A stretch of DNA of 64,000 nt, taken from NCBI RefSeq assembly GCF_016433145.1, contig NC_058135.1, positions 275,136,214-275,200,213 on the forward strand. The letters are read 5' to 3'. The notes beneath the pieces were generated by a model. That model saw only the letters and a list, made by a program, of their open reading frames with translations, searched no databases and was not told where the DNA came from. Position numbers and translations under genes: made by a program. Source of the DNA: Gracilinanus agilis (Eukaryota). Shown in pieces: positions 62,134-64,000 of the stretch (positions are counted from its first letter, which is position 1; each line of letters opens with the position of its first letter).

Positions 62134-62742
62134 TAGAAAATTCAAATTAAGACAACGCTGAAGTACCATCTTACACCTAAGAGACTGGCCAGTATGGGAG
62201 CAAAGTGATAAACGTTGGAGGGAATGTGGCAAACTGGGACACTAATGCACTGCTTCTGGTGAAGTTGTGAATTGGCCCAACCATTCTGGAGGGCAATTTG
62301 GAATTATGTGCAAAGGACTTTAAAAGAATGCCTACCCTTTTACCCTGCCATAACACTGCTGGTTTTGTACCCTAAAGAGATAATAAGGAAAAAGACTTGT
62401 ATAAAAACATTTAGAGTCATGCTCTTTGTGGTGACAAAAAAAAAAAAAAGGAAAATGAGGGGGTATTCATCAATTGGGTAATGGCTGAACAAATTGTGGT
62501 ATCTGCTTGTGATGGAATATTATTGTGCTGAAAGGAATAATGAACTGGAGGAATTCCATGTGAACTGGAAAGACCTCCAGGAATTGACGCAGAGTGAAAT
62601 AAGCAGAACCAGGAGAAGATTGTACACAAAGACTGATACATTGTAGCACAATCAAATGCAATAGACTTTTCTACTAGCAGAAATGCAATGATCCAGGACA
62701 ATCCAGAGGAACCTATGAGAAAGAACACTATCCACATCCAGA
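62134..62742 (+). mobile_element. L1 ORF2 C-terminus/3' region fragment
   Basis: CAAATTAAGACAACGCTGAAGTACCATCTTACACC...GGCTGAACAAATTGTGGTAT...GAACACTATCCACATCCAG. Confidence 0.85.
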
Positions 62743-64000
62743 TATTGCTCCCCTCCCTACCCACCAGCCCATTTATTACCCTTCTACTTCTCTATAGGGT
62801 ACAATACAATTCTCTGCTCCAATGGTTATGATTGTTCTCTCTTTGATATGCAAGAATTAAGTATTACCTGTCACTAACCTTTCACCCTTCCATTGTATTG
62901 GTCTTTGCCCCTCCCCATGTGCTGCTTTATGAAATATAAATTTACCCCATTTTGTCTCTTTTCCTATTTCTCTTAGTATTATCCTCCTTTTTTTTTTAAC
63001 CTCTAGCTGGTCAATTTTGGCTTTCAGGGCACTATTTTCTTGTTTTAGTTCATGTACCTCTGTTTCCAGATGACCTATTTTGCTTTTTAAGTTCTTTCCC
63101 CAATTTTCTTCAGCTTCTCTTGTTTATAGAATTGTGTTTTGAATTCTTCCAAAACCTGTGTCCAGTTTGCTGGAGTTCCTGAGTTTTTGCTTGGTGTTCC
63201 TTGGTCTGCCTCTGTTCCATTTGTTCTCTGTTCATTACCTGGATAGAAGTTGTCAATTATAATTTCTTTTTTTCACTTTCTGTTGTTTACTCATATTTTT
63301 TTTCCTTCTTTCTCCCCTTAGGCTGTATTCTTGCTCCTCTGTTTATTTGCTGGATCTGTGGGTTTGGGGTTTTCTGTCATGAAGGGGCTTCTTCTCTGCT
63401 CTGCTAACTAACTGGATTAAGCTGATGCAGCTGGCCTGTTGTATTGATGAGATCTCAAACTAGATCTTCCCCAGCTGCCAGCAGAATCCTAACTGGAAGA
63501 TGAAGGTGCTGAGGCTGAAGGGTAGTTGTCCTCCTGTCCTCCCCCTGCCAGCCACATCCCTGTAGGCTGACTGGCCAGACCAAGTCTCCACCCCTGTCAC
63601 TAAGGTACTCTTGCAGTTACAGTCTTTGCCTTAGGATCCCAGTCCTTGGGATTTTTAATGTGCGTCTGAGTGCAGAAGGTGGGCATCCTGTTTTGTAGAC
63701 TGGGTTTCCCTGTTCTCAGAAGGCTTCTTATCTGAATTATTGCTAGATTGAATTAAGCCTAGTCTGCCAGAGCTAGATTTGCCCAGTGGCCAATTCCCCC
63801 CAGAGGCAAAAGCCCAAGATGGAAGAGTATTGGCCAAAGCCAGTGCAACCAAACTGATCTTGTCTCTTCCCCTCTCCTCTAGCTACCTCTCTGCAGGCCA
63901 CTGGTTTAGAGCCCAAAGCTTCCCAGTCCTGGTACCAGGACACTTTGTTGCAGTTGTAGGCCTTGTCCTTGAATCCCAGTCACCCAGATTCTTATTCTGG
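62743..64000 (-). mobile_element. L1 fragments in minus orientation (inter-ORF/ORF1/5'UTR pieces)
   Basis: T-rich antisense L1 sequence (TTCCCCAATTTTCTTCAGCTTCTC, GAATTCTTCCAAAACCTGTGTCCAG) abutting the plus-strand fragment. Confidence 0.65.

Overview
AT-rich marsupial genomic DNA. The SINE1_Mdo-type, MAR1-type and RTE/BovB-type repeats point to Monodelphis or another didelphid opossum. The window holds six intact, co-oriented (+ strand), single-coding-exon class II olfactory receptor (OR) genes: OR5D13-like, OR5D14-like, two OR5D18/16-like paralogs, OR5L-like and a probable OR9M-like gene. Each has a splice acceptor just before its ATG, and most have a candidate upstream non-coding exon with homeodomain (TAAT) and O/E (EBF) motifs. 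Intergenic DNA is mostly transposon-derived: the 5' end of a young L1, old L1/L2/RTE fragments, SINEs, solo LTRs, six hAT non-autonomous elements with TIRs and 8-bp TSDs, and two 7SL-derived copies. The best leads are: (1) an orphaned OR5L-type promoter/5'UTR block whose coding exon is missing and which now sits upstream of an OR5D gene; (2) a paralog pair that is nearly identical except in the ligand-pocket segments; (3) independent hAT insertions in the predicted 5'UTR introns of five of the six ORs; (4) an antisense 18-nt micro-exon in the L1 5'UTR facing the cluster. No prokaryote-type system such as CRISPR is present. Family names come from recalled sequences and hand alignment, not database searches.
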